A stretch of DNA of 36,768 bases from Bacteroidota bacterium (GCA_023229405.1 JALNZH010000003.1:1-36768), one strand, 5' to 3'. Counted from the stretch's first letter, positions 9,396-18,506 are shown. Translations and numbers: made by a program. The notes: generated by a model not told the origin, from the letters alone.

Positions 9396-9881
9396 ATGAT
9401 CTCATCGCGGTATAAAATAATCTTCAAATATACAGCCATCGGCGTTGTTATATTTTTCATCGGTCTTCAATGTATCCCCTCTTCGTTCGACCGGACGAAT
9501 CCTCCGGTGACCGGAGCGCCGAACTGGAATTCACCGGAAACAAAAGCGACGTTTATGATCGCCTGCGCCGACTGCCACAGCAACGAAACCCGGTTTCCCT
9601 GGTACAGCCGGATCGCACCCGGCTCGTGGCTAATTGAAAAGGATATCCGGAATGGCCGTAGACATTTTAATGTTTCCGAGTGGGACCGTTCGCAGCGTGG
9701 CGGAGAAGATGCCGCAGAGGAAGTGCAACGGGGCTCCATGCCAATCGGTCCGTATCTGCTGCTTCATCCGGCAACAAACTTCACCGTAGCAGAAAAACAC
9801 CGATTTGTAAACGGATTGCAATTAACGTTCGGCGGTGCGAATGCTAAGGATATGGATAACGAAACGGAATCTGATGAATGA
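9396..9881 (+). CDS. Haem-binding domain (monohaem cytochrome c-type) protein
   Basis: N-terminal TM, ACADCHSNETRFPWYSRIAPGSW and MPIGPYLLLHP, typical of the Haem_bd family. Confidence 0.9.
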   Translation: MISSRYKIIFKYTAIGVVIFFIGLQCIPSSFDRTNPPVTGAPNWNSPETKATFMIACADCHSNETRFPWYSRIAPGSWLIEKDIRNGRRHFNVSEWDRSQRGGEDAAEEVQRGSMPIGPYLLLHPATNFTVAEKHRFVNGLQLTFGGANAKDMDNETESDE

Positions 9882-10558
9882 ACATTTTCCGACTGTTAAT
9901 CAGTGCGATGCTGCTCACTGGATGCGACACCGAATCCATCCCCACCGCACATCTGCAAACAGAAACCTCATCAGCACCGGAAAAATTCGTCACGATCGAT
10001 TACATTGACCTGTCAAAGATTGAACGGATTTCCACCTTCCGTTCCGGTATTGGCCACAACTATAGCGATGCAGCAGAATCATGCCGGAGCATGAAACACT
10101 ATTATCAGCCCAAAGGAAATATAGACTGGTCCACTGTGACAATTTTCTCTCCGGTCAGCGGCACCATTATCCGCCGGGATGAAGAATGGGCCGGCACACA
10201 ACTCTGGATCCGTCCGTTTTCCCACCCTGGTTATACATTCATCATTTTTCACATTGCATTGTTAATGCCGCTTGCCGTGAACGATACGGTAACAGCAGGA
10301 AGGCAGCTCGGCACACACATTGGACCGCAGACGATGTCCGATATCGCCATCGGATTTTCTCCGAAAAACATTTGGACGCTTGTTTCATACTTCGATGTGA
10401 TGAGTGATTCTCTTTTCCTGCGGTATCAGGAACGGGGCGTTCCATCTCGCGGTGTTCTCATTATCACCAAGGAGGCGAGAGATGCTGATCCTCTTCGCTG
10501 CACCGGAGAAACATTCGGTACATCCGGCATGATAAACAACTGGGTGGATTTGAACTAA
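9878..10558 (+). CDS. Hypothetical lipoprotein, possible degenerate M23/LytM-like fold
   Basis: Lipobox LTGC. Segments IFSPVSGTI, IFHI and DTVTAGRQLGT resemble M23 strands. ATGA overlap with the cytochrome gene. Confidence 0.65.
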   Translation: MNIFRLLISAMLLTGCDTESIPTAHLQTETSSAPEKFVTIDYIDLSKIERISTFRSGIGHNYSDAAESCRSMKHYYQPKGNIDWSTVTIFSPVSGTIIRRDEEWAGTQLWIRPFSHPGYTFIIFHIALLMPLAVNDTVTAGRQLGTHIGPQTMSDIAIGFSPKNIWTLVSYFDVMSDSLFLRYQERGVPSRGVLIITKEARDADPLRCTGETFGTSGMINNWVDLN

Positions 10559-10652
10559 TTATCGCAGGATGCATTCACCCTACCATTTCATTCTTCCCTT
10601 CTCTATATTAACGTCAATTCAATCCTCACCCTATCGTCAATTGGGAGCGACC

Positions 10653-12062
10653 ATGAAACACTTACTCATCATCTTCTGCTGTGCCGCATCACTTTCGGCA
10701 CAGACATTTCAACAATATTTTCTGGACAAAACGCTTCGCGTGGATTATTACCACACCGGAACCAAGGGGACGGAGATCTTCGCGCTGGATAAAATCTATG
10801 ATGAAGGTATCTGGTCCGGCAGCAAAACACAATTGGTGGACAATCTGAATTACGGCGAATATATGCTTCGCGTGTACAATGTAGCCAGCGGAATAGTGAT
10901 ATACTCCCGTGGATTTTCCACCATGTTCAATGAATGGCATTCCACGGATGAATCCAACGCCGGTATTTTAAAGACGTTTCACGAAACTGTTCGTATTCCC
11001 TTCCCAAAAGCGACCGTGCAGTTGACCATCAGCCGCCGGGACAAAAAAATGATCTTCCATGAACTGTTCTCCACGGTCATCGATCCGAACGACCATTCAG
11101 TCGTAAACATTCAGAAACGAGCGCCGCAATTCAAATCCGTAAAACTTGTGGACAATGGTGCGCCGGAAAAGAAAGTCGATCTATTGATTATCGGCGACGG
11201 ATACGCCACAGCGGATATGCAGAAGTTCCGCGACGATGCAAAACATTATTCCGACGTACTGCTCGGAACTTCGCCGTTTAAAGAGCGGAAAAAAGATTTT
11301 AATGTCTGGACGATAGAAGTGGAATCCAAAGAGAGTGGCATTGACAAACCGGGAAAGAATGAATGGAAAGAGAACGCGCTCGGCAGCATGTATGATACGT
11401 TCGGCAGTGCACGTTACATTTTGACAGAAGAAAACCGTATCCTGCGGGACATTGCCGGACACGTGCCGTACGATGCAATTGCCATTCTAGTAAACGACAA
11501 TCGTTACGGCGGAGGCGGAATCTATAATTTGTACTCCACCTGTTTTACACAAACCGATTATAAAGGAATGGAATGGCAGATGGATTATGTGTTTGTGCAC
11601 GAGCTGGGGCATTCCTTTGGCGGACTCGGGGACGAATATTACACGTCGTCCGTTTCATATACAGATTTTTATCAAGCCAGCGTTGAACCGTGGGAGCCGA
11701 ATCTGACAGCCGCAACAAACAAAGAACAATTAAAATGGAAATCGTTTGTGGATGTATCAACGCCGATTCCCACACCGTGGAATAAAACAGCGTACGATTC
11801 CCTTGAAGCGCTCCGCGGAAAACTGGACCGCCTTGCTCCCGATTATTATTCAAAACGCGAACCGCTCTACCAGGCATGCCAGTCCATTGTAAAGAACGCA
11901 GAATACAAAGGGAACGTGGGAACATTTGAAGGAGGCGGATATGTCTCCAAAGGCATTTATCGTCCTGCAGTGGACTGCCGCATGTTCTCGCTCAGTCTGG
12001 TGGGATTCGATCCGGTCTGCTCCGCAGCAATTGAAAAAGTGATTGATTCGTATGTGAAGTAA
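10653..12062 (+). CDS. Secreted M64 family metallopeptidase (IgA-peptidase-like)
   Basis: Signal peptide, DKTLRVDYYH N-domain, IIGDGY, YGGGGIYNLY, VHELGHSFGGLGDEY, YRPAVDCRM. Start at ATG 10653 behind GGGAG. Confidence 0.93.
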   Translation: MKHLLIIFCCAASLSAQTFQQYFLDKTLRVDYYHTGTKGTEIFALDKIYDEGIWSGSKTQLVDNLNYGEYMLRVYNVASGIVIYSRGFSTMFNEWHSTDESNAGILKTFHETVRIPFPKATVQLTISRRDKKMIFHELFSTVIDPNDHSVVNIQKRAPQFKSVKLVDNGAPEKKVDLLIIGDGYATADMQKFRDDAKHYSDVLLGTSPFKERKKDFNVWTIEVESKESGIDKPGKNEWKENALGSMYDTFGSARYILTEENRILRDIAGHVPYDAIAILVNDNRYGGGGIYNLYSTCFTQTDYKGMEWQMDYVFVHELGHSFGGLGDEYYTSSVSYTDFYQASVEPWEPNLTAATNKEQLKWKSFVDVSTPIPTPWNKTAYDSLEALRGKLDRLAPDYYSKREPLYQACQSIVKNAEYKGNVGTFEGGGYVSKGIYRPAVDCRMFSLSLVGFDPVCSAAIEKVIDSYVK

Positions 12063-12264
12063 AAAATGAGTCGTTGAGATGATACGATGTAAAATCTGCT
12101 GTGGCGATTTTTACTATAGTAAAAAAAATACGCAGAGACGGACGAACACCTGTTCGTACATTAAGGTTAATGTGTTCACATAGAGTCACAAAAATTATGT
12201 TGGAACGCACGTCCGTACCAAAACAGAAGATATCGTAAATAAAATAAATAATTCACCAAACGCA

Positions 12265-12294
12265 GAAACATTGTTCCGGTTGATTGCGTCTAAT
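12265..12294 (+). promoter_or_regulatory. ECF-type promoter GAAAC-N17-CGTCTAA upstream of creD
   Basis: GAAAC 12265-12269 and CGTCTAAT 12287-12294 match the general ECF AAC/CGTC consensus, about 110 nt before the creD start. Confidence 0.55.
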
Positions 12295-12406
12295 ATGGAA
12301 ATCTCTCTTCAGACAATTCTCATAGCACAAAGGATCGTTGGCGCCTCATTTGATTGATACCTTCTGATGTATCATGTATTCTTTACCATCTAACACGGAG
12401 GACTCT

Positions 12407-13714
12407 ATGGATGAAAGCAAACTTCGTTCTTCACTGCTGCTGCGAATGGTTCTGGTCGGGACACTCACAATTATCCTTCTCATTCCTGCATTTATTGTTG
12501 AATCGCTTATTATTGAGCGGAAGGAACGGAAAACTTCCGTTGTTAATGAAGTCAGCGGCAAATGGGGGAACACGCAGACAATTGCCGGACCGATCCTTTC
12601 CATCCCGCTGAAACATACGGTAAAAGAGAATGACGGAAAAATCTCAACATTTACCACGTTGCTCCACATCCTTCCTGATTCGCTTGCTGCAACCGGAAGT
12701 ATATCAACCGAACTCCGCTATCGCGGAATTTTTCAGGTAGTACTATACAATACAAAAATTTCTTTTTCGGGATCGATCAATACCGGCACCATCCCTCAGT
12801 TGAACCAAGGTAATGCCGTTCCTCAATGGAGCGATGCATTTTTCACCGTCGGGATCTCCGATCTTCGGGGGATCAAAGAGAATGTTGTACTCACCCTGAA
12901 TTCATCACAACTGTCTGCAGCATCGGGAGTTCGTACTGATGATGTTGTTTCATCGGGAATAACATTTCTTCCAAAGATCACCGGTGAGCAAAAGCTCTAT
13001 CCGTTTTCATTCGCTTTGGATCTGAACGGAAGTTCCGAACTCCGATTCATTCCGCTGGGAAAACATACTGAAGTTAACCTCTCTTCTCAATGGAACAGTC
13101 CGAGTTTTACCGGAGATTTTTTGCCGGGACAAAAAACGGTTACGGAAAACGGATTCTCTGCACAATGGAAGATTCTGGAGCTCAACAGGAATTTCCCGCA
13201 AAACTGGATTGGGAAAAATGATGAAATTAACAAATCGTCATTTGGAGTTCACTTGTTGCAGACAGTCGATGAATATCAACAAACATACCGAACGGCAAAA
13301 TACGCCATCCTGATCGTAACGCTCACATTCCTTGCATTCTTTTTATGTGAGGTGCTGACCAAAGAACTTCTTCATCCGATCCATTATACACTCGTCGGAT
13401 TGAGCCTGATCCTGTTCTATGTGCTTGTCCTTTCATTGTCCGAGCAATTTGGATTCGATGTTGCATATATTGTTTCATCACTTGCGATCCTGACAATGAT
13501 AACATTATATACCCGTGCGATTGTTACACACAAACGAACCGTCGTTATCACCGGAAGCGTTGTTGTTACGCTCTATGTTTTCCTATATGTTGTTCTGCAA
13601 CTGGAAGATTATGCACTATTGATCGGCAGCGTTGGATTGCTCGGAAGTCTTGCCGCAGTAATGTATCTGACCCGCAGAGTCGATTGGTTCTCATTCGGAA
13701 AGACAAAAGAATAA
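12407..13714 (+). CDS. creD: Inner membrane protein CreD
   Basis: WGNTQTIAGPIL, YRGIFQVVLY, GISDLRGI, WNSPSFTGDFLP, YRTAKYAIL, LHPIHYTLVGL, LLIGSVGL, MYLTRRVDW. GGAGG RBS before ATG 12407. Confidence 0.95.
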   Translation: MDESKLRSSLLLRMVLVGTLTIILLIPAFIVESLIIERKERKTSVVNEVSGKWGNTQTIAGPILSIPLKHTVKENDGKISTFTTLLHILPDSLAATGSISTELRYRGIFQVVLYNTKISFSGSINTGTIPQLNQGNAVPQWSDAFFTVGISDLRGIKENVVLTLNSSQLSAASGVRTDDVVSSGITFLPKITGEQKLYPFSFALDLNGSSELRFIPLGKHTEVNLSSQWNSPSFTGDFLPGQKTVTENGFSAQWKILELNRNFPQNWIGKNDEINKSSFGVHLLQTVDEYQQTYRTAKYAILIVTLTFLAFFLCEVLTKELLHPIHYTLVGLSLILFYVLVLSLSEQFGFDVAYIVSSLAILTMITLYTRAIVTHKRTVVITGSVVVTLYVFLYVVLQLEDYALLIGSVGLLGSLAAVMYLTRRVDWFSFGKTKE

Positions 13715-13725
13715 ATTATTTCACC

Positions 13726-13942
13726 GTAACTACTCAGCGATAGTAAGTCTCAATATTATAGTGTCGTCATTCTGAACGAGTTTTACTGTTGCATGGCAGG
13801 ACGAAGTGAAGAATCCGATATGAAGAGTAACAGATTCGATGATGTGTACTACAGATTCTTCGCTGCCTGCCAATGTCGGTCAGGCGGGCGCGCAGAATGA
13901 CCGATACTTTCAACCTAAATAAAATTTACGCTGAGTAATTAC
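13726..13942 (+). mobile_element. 217-bp MITE with GTAA-initiated 14-bp TIRs and an 8-bp TSD (IS66-family-type ends)
   Basis: Left end GTAACTACTCAGCG (13726-13739), right end CGCTGAGTAATTAC (13929-13942), one mismatch. ATTTCACC duplicated at 13718-13725 and 13943-13950. Palindromic core at 13766-13901. Confidence 0.88.
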
Positions 13943-14126
13943 ATTTCACCATTCATGATACTGCCGGGTATTCCCACACCGTGCGGCAGTCGTAACTATT
14001 GCCGCACAGTGCAACCTCTTCGCATTGTGTGCACCTATTGGTGTTTATAAAAACTTCACTACCCTCCTTGCAAAATTTGTAATACATTGCAGATGGTCAT
14101 TCATTCACCAAGGGAGTTGCTGCTGT

Positions 14127-15245
14127 ATGAAAAAATTTATCATCGTCTCATCCTTCATCCTTCTAGTCTCATTTCGTTCGGACGCTCATGACCATTACAA
14201 ACACCAACGGACGATCTCCTTCCCGGATATTCCGGGATATACAACGCTGAAGGTGGATCTGCATCAGCATACCGTTTTTTCGGATGGCGATGTCTGGCCG
14301 AACATCCGTGTGGAAGAGGCGCTGAAGGACGGACTCGACGCCATCTCGCTGACCGAACATCTGGAATACCAGCCGCATAAAGGGGACATCCCCCATCCGG
14401 ACAGAAACCGCACATTTGTTCTCGCAACGAACTCCGCTAAAAATAAACCGCTGATTGTCATCAACGGATCGGAGATTACTCGCAAGATGCCGCCGGGACA
14501 CAGCAACGCCATCTTCTTGACCGATGCCACCAAAATGCTCATCCCCGATTCCATCGAAGTGTTCCGCGAAGCAAAACGCCAGGGCGCGTTCACCTTCTGG
14601 AACCATCCGCACTGGTCCGGACAAAGAATGGACGGCAGCGCGCAACTGACCGACATGCATAAATTTTTGTTGAAGGAAAAATTATTAGATGGCATCGAAG
14701 TGGTGAACGACCTCTCTTACTCGGATGAAGCGCTGCAGATCGGGCTCGACAATAATCTTACGCTCATCGGATCGTCGGACATTCACGGATTGATCGACTG
14801 GAATTACGATGTGCCCGAAGGAGGCCACCGTCCGATTACGCTGGTGTTCGCAAAAGAGAAGACCGAAGCAAGTTTGAAAGAAGCGCTCTTGAACAAACGA
14901 ACCGTCGTCTGGTTCAACAATACGCTGATTGGCCGGGAAGAATTTCTTGTACCGCTCATTAACAGTTCTCTTACCTTGGAAGGGACGAAATATTACGGCA
15001 AAACGTCCATCCTGACGGTAAAAATGCGGAACTCTAGCAGCACGGAATACATTCTGGAAAACAACAGCGAATATCTTTTTTACGACAATACAAACATCAT
15101 TACATTGAAAGCAAATAGCGTAACAACGATTGAAGTAAAAGTGATGCAGAATCTTCCCGAACTGCAACTGAAGTTCAAAGTGCTCAGCGCCGTTACTGCA
15201 CCGAAAACACATCCTTCTATTACAATACCGGTAACGGTAAAATAA
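14127..15245 (+). CDS. Secreted PHP-domain phosphoesterase (Sb-PDE-like)
   Basis: Signal peptide, DLHQHTVFSDG, AISLTEHLEY, GSEITRKMPPGHSNA, WNHPHW, GIEVVN, SSDIH. Confidence 0.88.
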   Translation: MKKFIIVSSFILLVSFRSDAHDHYKHQRTISFPDIPGYTTLKVDLHQHTVFSDGDVWPNIRVEEALKDGLDAISLTEHLEYQPHKGDIPHPDRNRTFVLATNSAKNKPLIVINGSEITRKMPPGHSNAIFLTDATKMLIPDSIEVFREAKRQGAFTFWNHPHWSGQRMDGSAQLTDMHKFLLKEKLLDGIEVVNDLSYSDEALQIGLDNNLTLIGSSDIHGLIDWNYDVPEGGHRPITLVFAKEKTEASLKEALLNKRTVVWFNNTLIGREEFLVPLINSSLTLEGTKYYGKTSILTVKMRNSSSTEYILENNSEYLFYDNTNIITLKANSVTTIEVKVMQNLPELQLKFKVLSAVTAPKTHPSITIPVTVK

Positions 15246-15294
15246 TAAGTCAACATCAACCGGTTACTCGAAACGATCGGTTCATTAAATATAG

Positions 15295-15333
15295 AAACTA
15301 TCTGATAGCCTAAGGCATTCGGATAGTTTTTTT
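15295..15333 (+). terminator. Rho-independent terminator after the PHP gene
   Basis: AAACTATCTGA...TCGGATAGTTT hairpin followed by a T-run. Confidence 0.7.
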
Positions 15334-15495
15334 ATTTTAAAAACCGGCTCCACTTCCTACTTCCCAACGGATATAAGTACCCAGAACAAGCTTTTGGGAG
15401 TTTTTGAGTCCTTTCCCTTCATTTAATTACTTACACTTTCGTCAACACCTATTGCCTTACTGAATACGATCATTTTTTGTACAGCTTCACCTCCC

Positions 15496-15555
15496 CCTCC
15501 ATATCTGCTGCTCCGTCGATTTCCCCCATCAGACGGAAGATGTGGAGGTTTTTTT
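15496..15555 (+). terminator. Orphan long hairpin + T7 (candidate sRNA or leader terminator)
   Basis: CCTCCATATCT..TCCGTC / GACGGA-AGATGTGGAGG then TTTTTTT, with no CDS directly upstream. Confidence 0.55.
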
Positions 15556-15899
15556 AATTCTCTTCACCACAGGAACAATGTCCGACATTTCGCGTGGCCA
15601 GTTTGCAGATGTTTGATATCTTTAGCAACCACACCTTTCAACAAAAATACCGCCACAGCAGTATTGCTGTTTGGAGTGTATAAGCTTACACTCACAGAAT
15701 TAAAACGGTGTAAAAGCTTCACAAAGAGTATTGCCAGCCGCACAAAATATGGCAACAGATGCGCGATACGGTATAACAACGTCACAATGAGGTTGAAAAA
15801 GGATGCAAAGCTGTTCGTCAGAGACAGGATACAAGAGTTGAAGGAATTTGAGAGGATGGTGTAAGAGAAATTGATGTATGGTTTTATTAAACAGAGGAT

Positions 15900-16019
15900 C
15901 ATACTTTTCCAAAATAAATCATAAAAGAGAAAAACTTATTCCTTTTTTTCTTGACGGGTCAAGAAAAGAAGAGAGTGAGGAGACGTGTTGTTTTTATAGG
16001 TGTATTTTGGACAAGTCTG
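15900..16019 (-). mobile_element. 120-bp short derivative of the 410-bp CATA-ended MITE family
   Basis: 15900-15958 is the near-exact reverse complement of the right end of 17750-18162. Termini CATACTTTTCCAAAATA and TATTTTGGACAAGTCTG are inverted repeats. Confidence 0.8.
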
Positions 16020-16092
16020 AAGTAGTTTTTACATAAGCAAAAAGAAGATATATTATCCATAACCAACCACACCCAGCCCTTAAAGGATACTG

Positions 16093-16614
16093 ATGAACGA
16101 ACAAGCATATTTAAACGATTGCCTTATGCAGTTTAAGAAGTTAAAAACCCAGGCAGATCGATCCATCGCTCAAATAACAGACGAACATTTCTTTGCCGTA
16201 CTTGATCCCGAGTCCAACAGCATTGCGATTCTCATGAAACATGTTGCCGGGAATATGAAATCACGATGGACAGATTTTCTCATCTCGGATGGCGAGAAGC
16301 CCAATCGAGACAGGGATAATGAGTTTGAAATCTCTGCTTCAGATTCGAAAAGTGCAGTACGTGCCGCGTGGGAAGAGGGCTGGGCGTGCACACTGAATGC
16401 CGTCTCCACACTTACGCCGAACGATCTAGACAAAACGGTGACGGTACTGGGAGAAGCGCATTCCGTATTCCAGGCGATCAACCGTCAGTTAACACACTAC
16501 GCGGCGCATGTCGGCCAAATAGTGTTTTTAGCAAAACACTTTGCCGGTTCGAATTGGCAGACCCTGACTATTCCGCGGGGAAAGTCAAAAGCCTGCGAAA
16601 CTCCGAAACAATGA
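16093..16614 (+). CDS. DUF1572 family protein (DinB superfamily)
   Basis: SNSIAILMKHVAGNMKSRWTDFL..DGEKPNRDRDNEF and INRQLTHYAAHVGQIV. AAGGA RBS. Confidence 0.9.
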   Translation: MNEQAYLNDCLMQFKKLKTQADRSIAQITDEHFFAVLDPESNSIAILMKHVAGNMKSRWTDFLISDGEKPNRDRDNEFEISASDSKSAVRAAWEEGWACTLNAVSTLTPNDLDKTVTVLGEAHSVFQAINRQLTHYAAHVGQIVFLAKHFAGSNWQTLTIPRGKSKACETPKQ

Positions 16615-16741
16615 GATGAAGTGAAACCATGATGCTTTTTGCTGAGTCTGAGCAGCCACACTCAGCTCAAAACCAGCAGGACGGGGAGTTGTAACACAGG
16701 TAATTATTCAGTCCATCAAACAACACTCAGAAAGGTGTGCC

Positions 16742-17203
16742 ATGAAACCAGCTCTTTGTGTCATTCTTTATATCCTCTCTTCCATAAGTGTATTGGCGCA
16801 AGACACCACTTTTTGCGTTTCTATACACAAAGACAAACAACCTGAAAAATTAGTTGCAGCATATGACTCCATATATACGCCGCTCGGTAGCATCAAACTG
16901 CCGGATTCAGTTTCCATTGGAACTGCATGGTATCAAAACTTTCGCCCGGCATTTTTAGAGCATGTAAAAAATGCGAATATCGAATGGGACACAACAACAA
17001 GCGTCTGGATTGATTTGTGCTGCTCCCCATCCGGCAAGATTGAACGGGTGTTGTATGCTGCGAGGAACTTAACTGATCCGAACCGCGAATTGAAATTTAC
17101 AAAAGCAATCGAATTATTTGCCAAAGCATATACATTCCCCATCAGCACACAGCAGCGGTTCAGTCAATGCGGTTCATTTAAGTTTATGCCGGAGAAAAAG
17201 TAA
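16742..17203 (+). CDS. Hypothetical secreted protein
   Basis: 153 aa, signal peptide ending VLA-Q, AAGGTG RBS. Confidence 0.7.
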   Translation: MKPALCVILYILSSISVLAQDTTFCVSIHKDKQPEKLVAAYDSIYTPLGSIKLPDSVSIGTAWYQNFRPAFLEHVKNANIEWDTTTSVWIDLCCSPSGKIERVLYAARNLTDPNRELKFTKAIELFAKAYTFPISTQQRFSQCGSFKFMPEKK

Positions 17204-17356
17204 TATTTTCCGAATACTCTATAAGGTTGCCGTCAAACCAGTTGCTTCCCGAAGGATTTCTTTTTGAGGAACGATCGGAACGGATTCTGCAAAACATTCT
17301 TGCCTGCTTATAGTTTGGCGGGTGAGGCGTAGTCAGTTTGCCAGCATGTATTTGCT

Positions 17357-17767
17357 ATGAATAAAAAAAATGAGTCAATTGGATTTAGTGAGATGATTAA
17401 TGTAATCATTCGAGGGATCGGGTATATTTGTGGAATTACGGTGGTGTTTCGATCCTGCACTTTCATGCTCTATGATCAGGAATTCTGGTTTCCCGGAGCA
17501 CTCATTGTTACTGCACTATGGTGTATTTCCAGTTTTCTGTATTTCAAAAGAACCGCCGTATCGAACCTTTTTATATTCACCGATATTCTTGTTGCAATAT
17601 TTTTTGCTCTCTTTTTTTTAAGCATTGCCATCATCAAATATAGTGTAACGCAAAAGAGGACGTCGTTGACAGAAATTGGAATTATTGTTGTCACAATAGG
17701 TTTGTATTTCTTTCTGAGATCACGTAAAATAAAAATTGATATGCAACAACATAGCTATCCAAAATAA
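17357..17767 (+). CDS. Hypothetical 4-TM membrane protein whose last codons and stop come from the MITE
   Basis: Four hydrophobic segments. The HSYPK* tail is encoded by the MITE left end starting at 17750. Confidence 0.65.
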   Translation: MNKKNESIGFSEMINVIIRGIGYICGITVVFRSCTFMLYDQEFWFPGALIVTALWCISSFLYFKRTAVSNLFIFTDILVAIFFALFFLSIAIIKYSVTQKRTSLTEIGIIVVTIGLYFFLRSRKIKIDMQQHSYPK

Positions 17768-18162
17768 AACCCTTATTGACAAAAATTTATCGGAACAAGT
17801 GGATTTATGGAAGATATGTTATGTTGAGAAAAATAAGTCCTCCCCTACATTTCTTACAGTGTTGGATGAGATGTGGGAGGGAGCGAAATTTAGTGAGGAT
17901 TGGGTGAGTTATTTCTCCCCCTGTAAAAGGGGAGATACAGAGGGGGGGTCTGAAATCATGAAGGGACTTTTGATGGCGTTTTTTGCCATCTACGGGCAAG
18001 TGTGAACGGTATTCATCGCGCGCGTTACATTTCGCAAGGGGTTCTTTTGCTTCTTTTCTTGTGCCGACCAAATCTTTATACATTGTCGGCATTCCTTCGG
18101 AACCCCGTCAAGAAAAGAAGCAATAAGTTTTTCTCTTTTATGATTTATTTTGGACAAGTATG
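17750..18162 (+). mobile_element. 413-bp MITE-like element, copy 1
   Basis: Aligns over its full length with 22403-22810. Ends CATAGCTATCCAAAATA / TATTTTGGACAAGTATG. Several internal palindromes. No TSD seen at this copy. Confidence 0.88.
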
Positions 18163-18164
18163 GT

Positions 18165-18506
18165 ATGAAATACTATCTATTGTTTCCCGCATTATTATTC
18201 CTTTCCTGTTCAACGTCGCAAGTTACCATGTACATACAGGGAAACGAAACGCACGGCTGGAAAGTGGAAGTAGAAAAATCTTCCAACACATTTGTCTTAA
18301 AAATTGACGGTGTTACCGTTATCGAACAATCATACGCATTCTTAGCAATGCGGTTTGAAACAGCCAATATGTATAAAGGGAAAAAAATACAATTCTTCGG
18401 TACTCGAACACGGTCATCGAACGCCAATGGAAAAACGATCACGCACGATCAGATAAGAATACTCATTGATACTATCGAGGTGACGACGTTTGATTTTACC
18501 AGTTAA
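18165..18506 (+). CDS. Hypothetical lipoprotein
   Basis: MKYYLLFPALLFLSC lipobox; the ATG lies 2 nt after the MITE end. Confidence 0.7.
   Translation: MKYYLLFPALLFLSCSTSQVTMYIQGNETHGWKVEVEKSSNTFVLKIDGVTVIEQSYAFLAMRFETANMYKGKKIQFFGTRTRSSNANGKTITHDQIRILIDTIEVTTFDFTS

Noticed and set aside
12175-12189. CreB cre-tag upstream of creD (TTCAC-N5-GTCAC)
   Set aside because: Spacer is 5 rather than 6 nt, one half-site mismatches, and there is no creBC in the window.
15613-15864. 83-aa basic ORF as a possible transposase or HTH remnant
   Set aside because: TTG start, no RBS and no motif I can name with confidence.
17736-18307. ORFs within MITEs (17736-18005, 17805-18092, 18002-18307, 22638-22901, 3733-4107, 5920-6162)
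   Set aside because: They overlap repeat elements, their frames differ between copies where two copies exist, and none shows transposase motifs.
16093-18506. Integron-like cassette array of short co-oriented ORFs
   Set aside because: No convincing RYYYAAC...GTTRRRY attC pairs, intergenic regions are not similar to each other, and there is no integrase.
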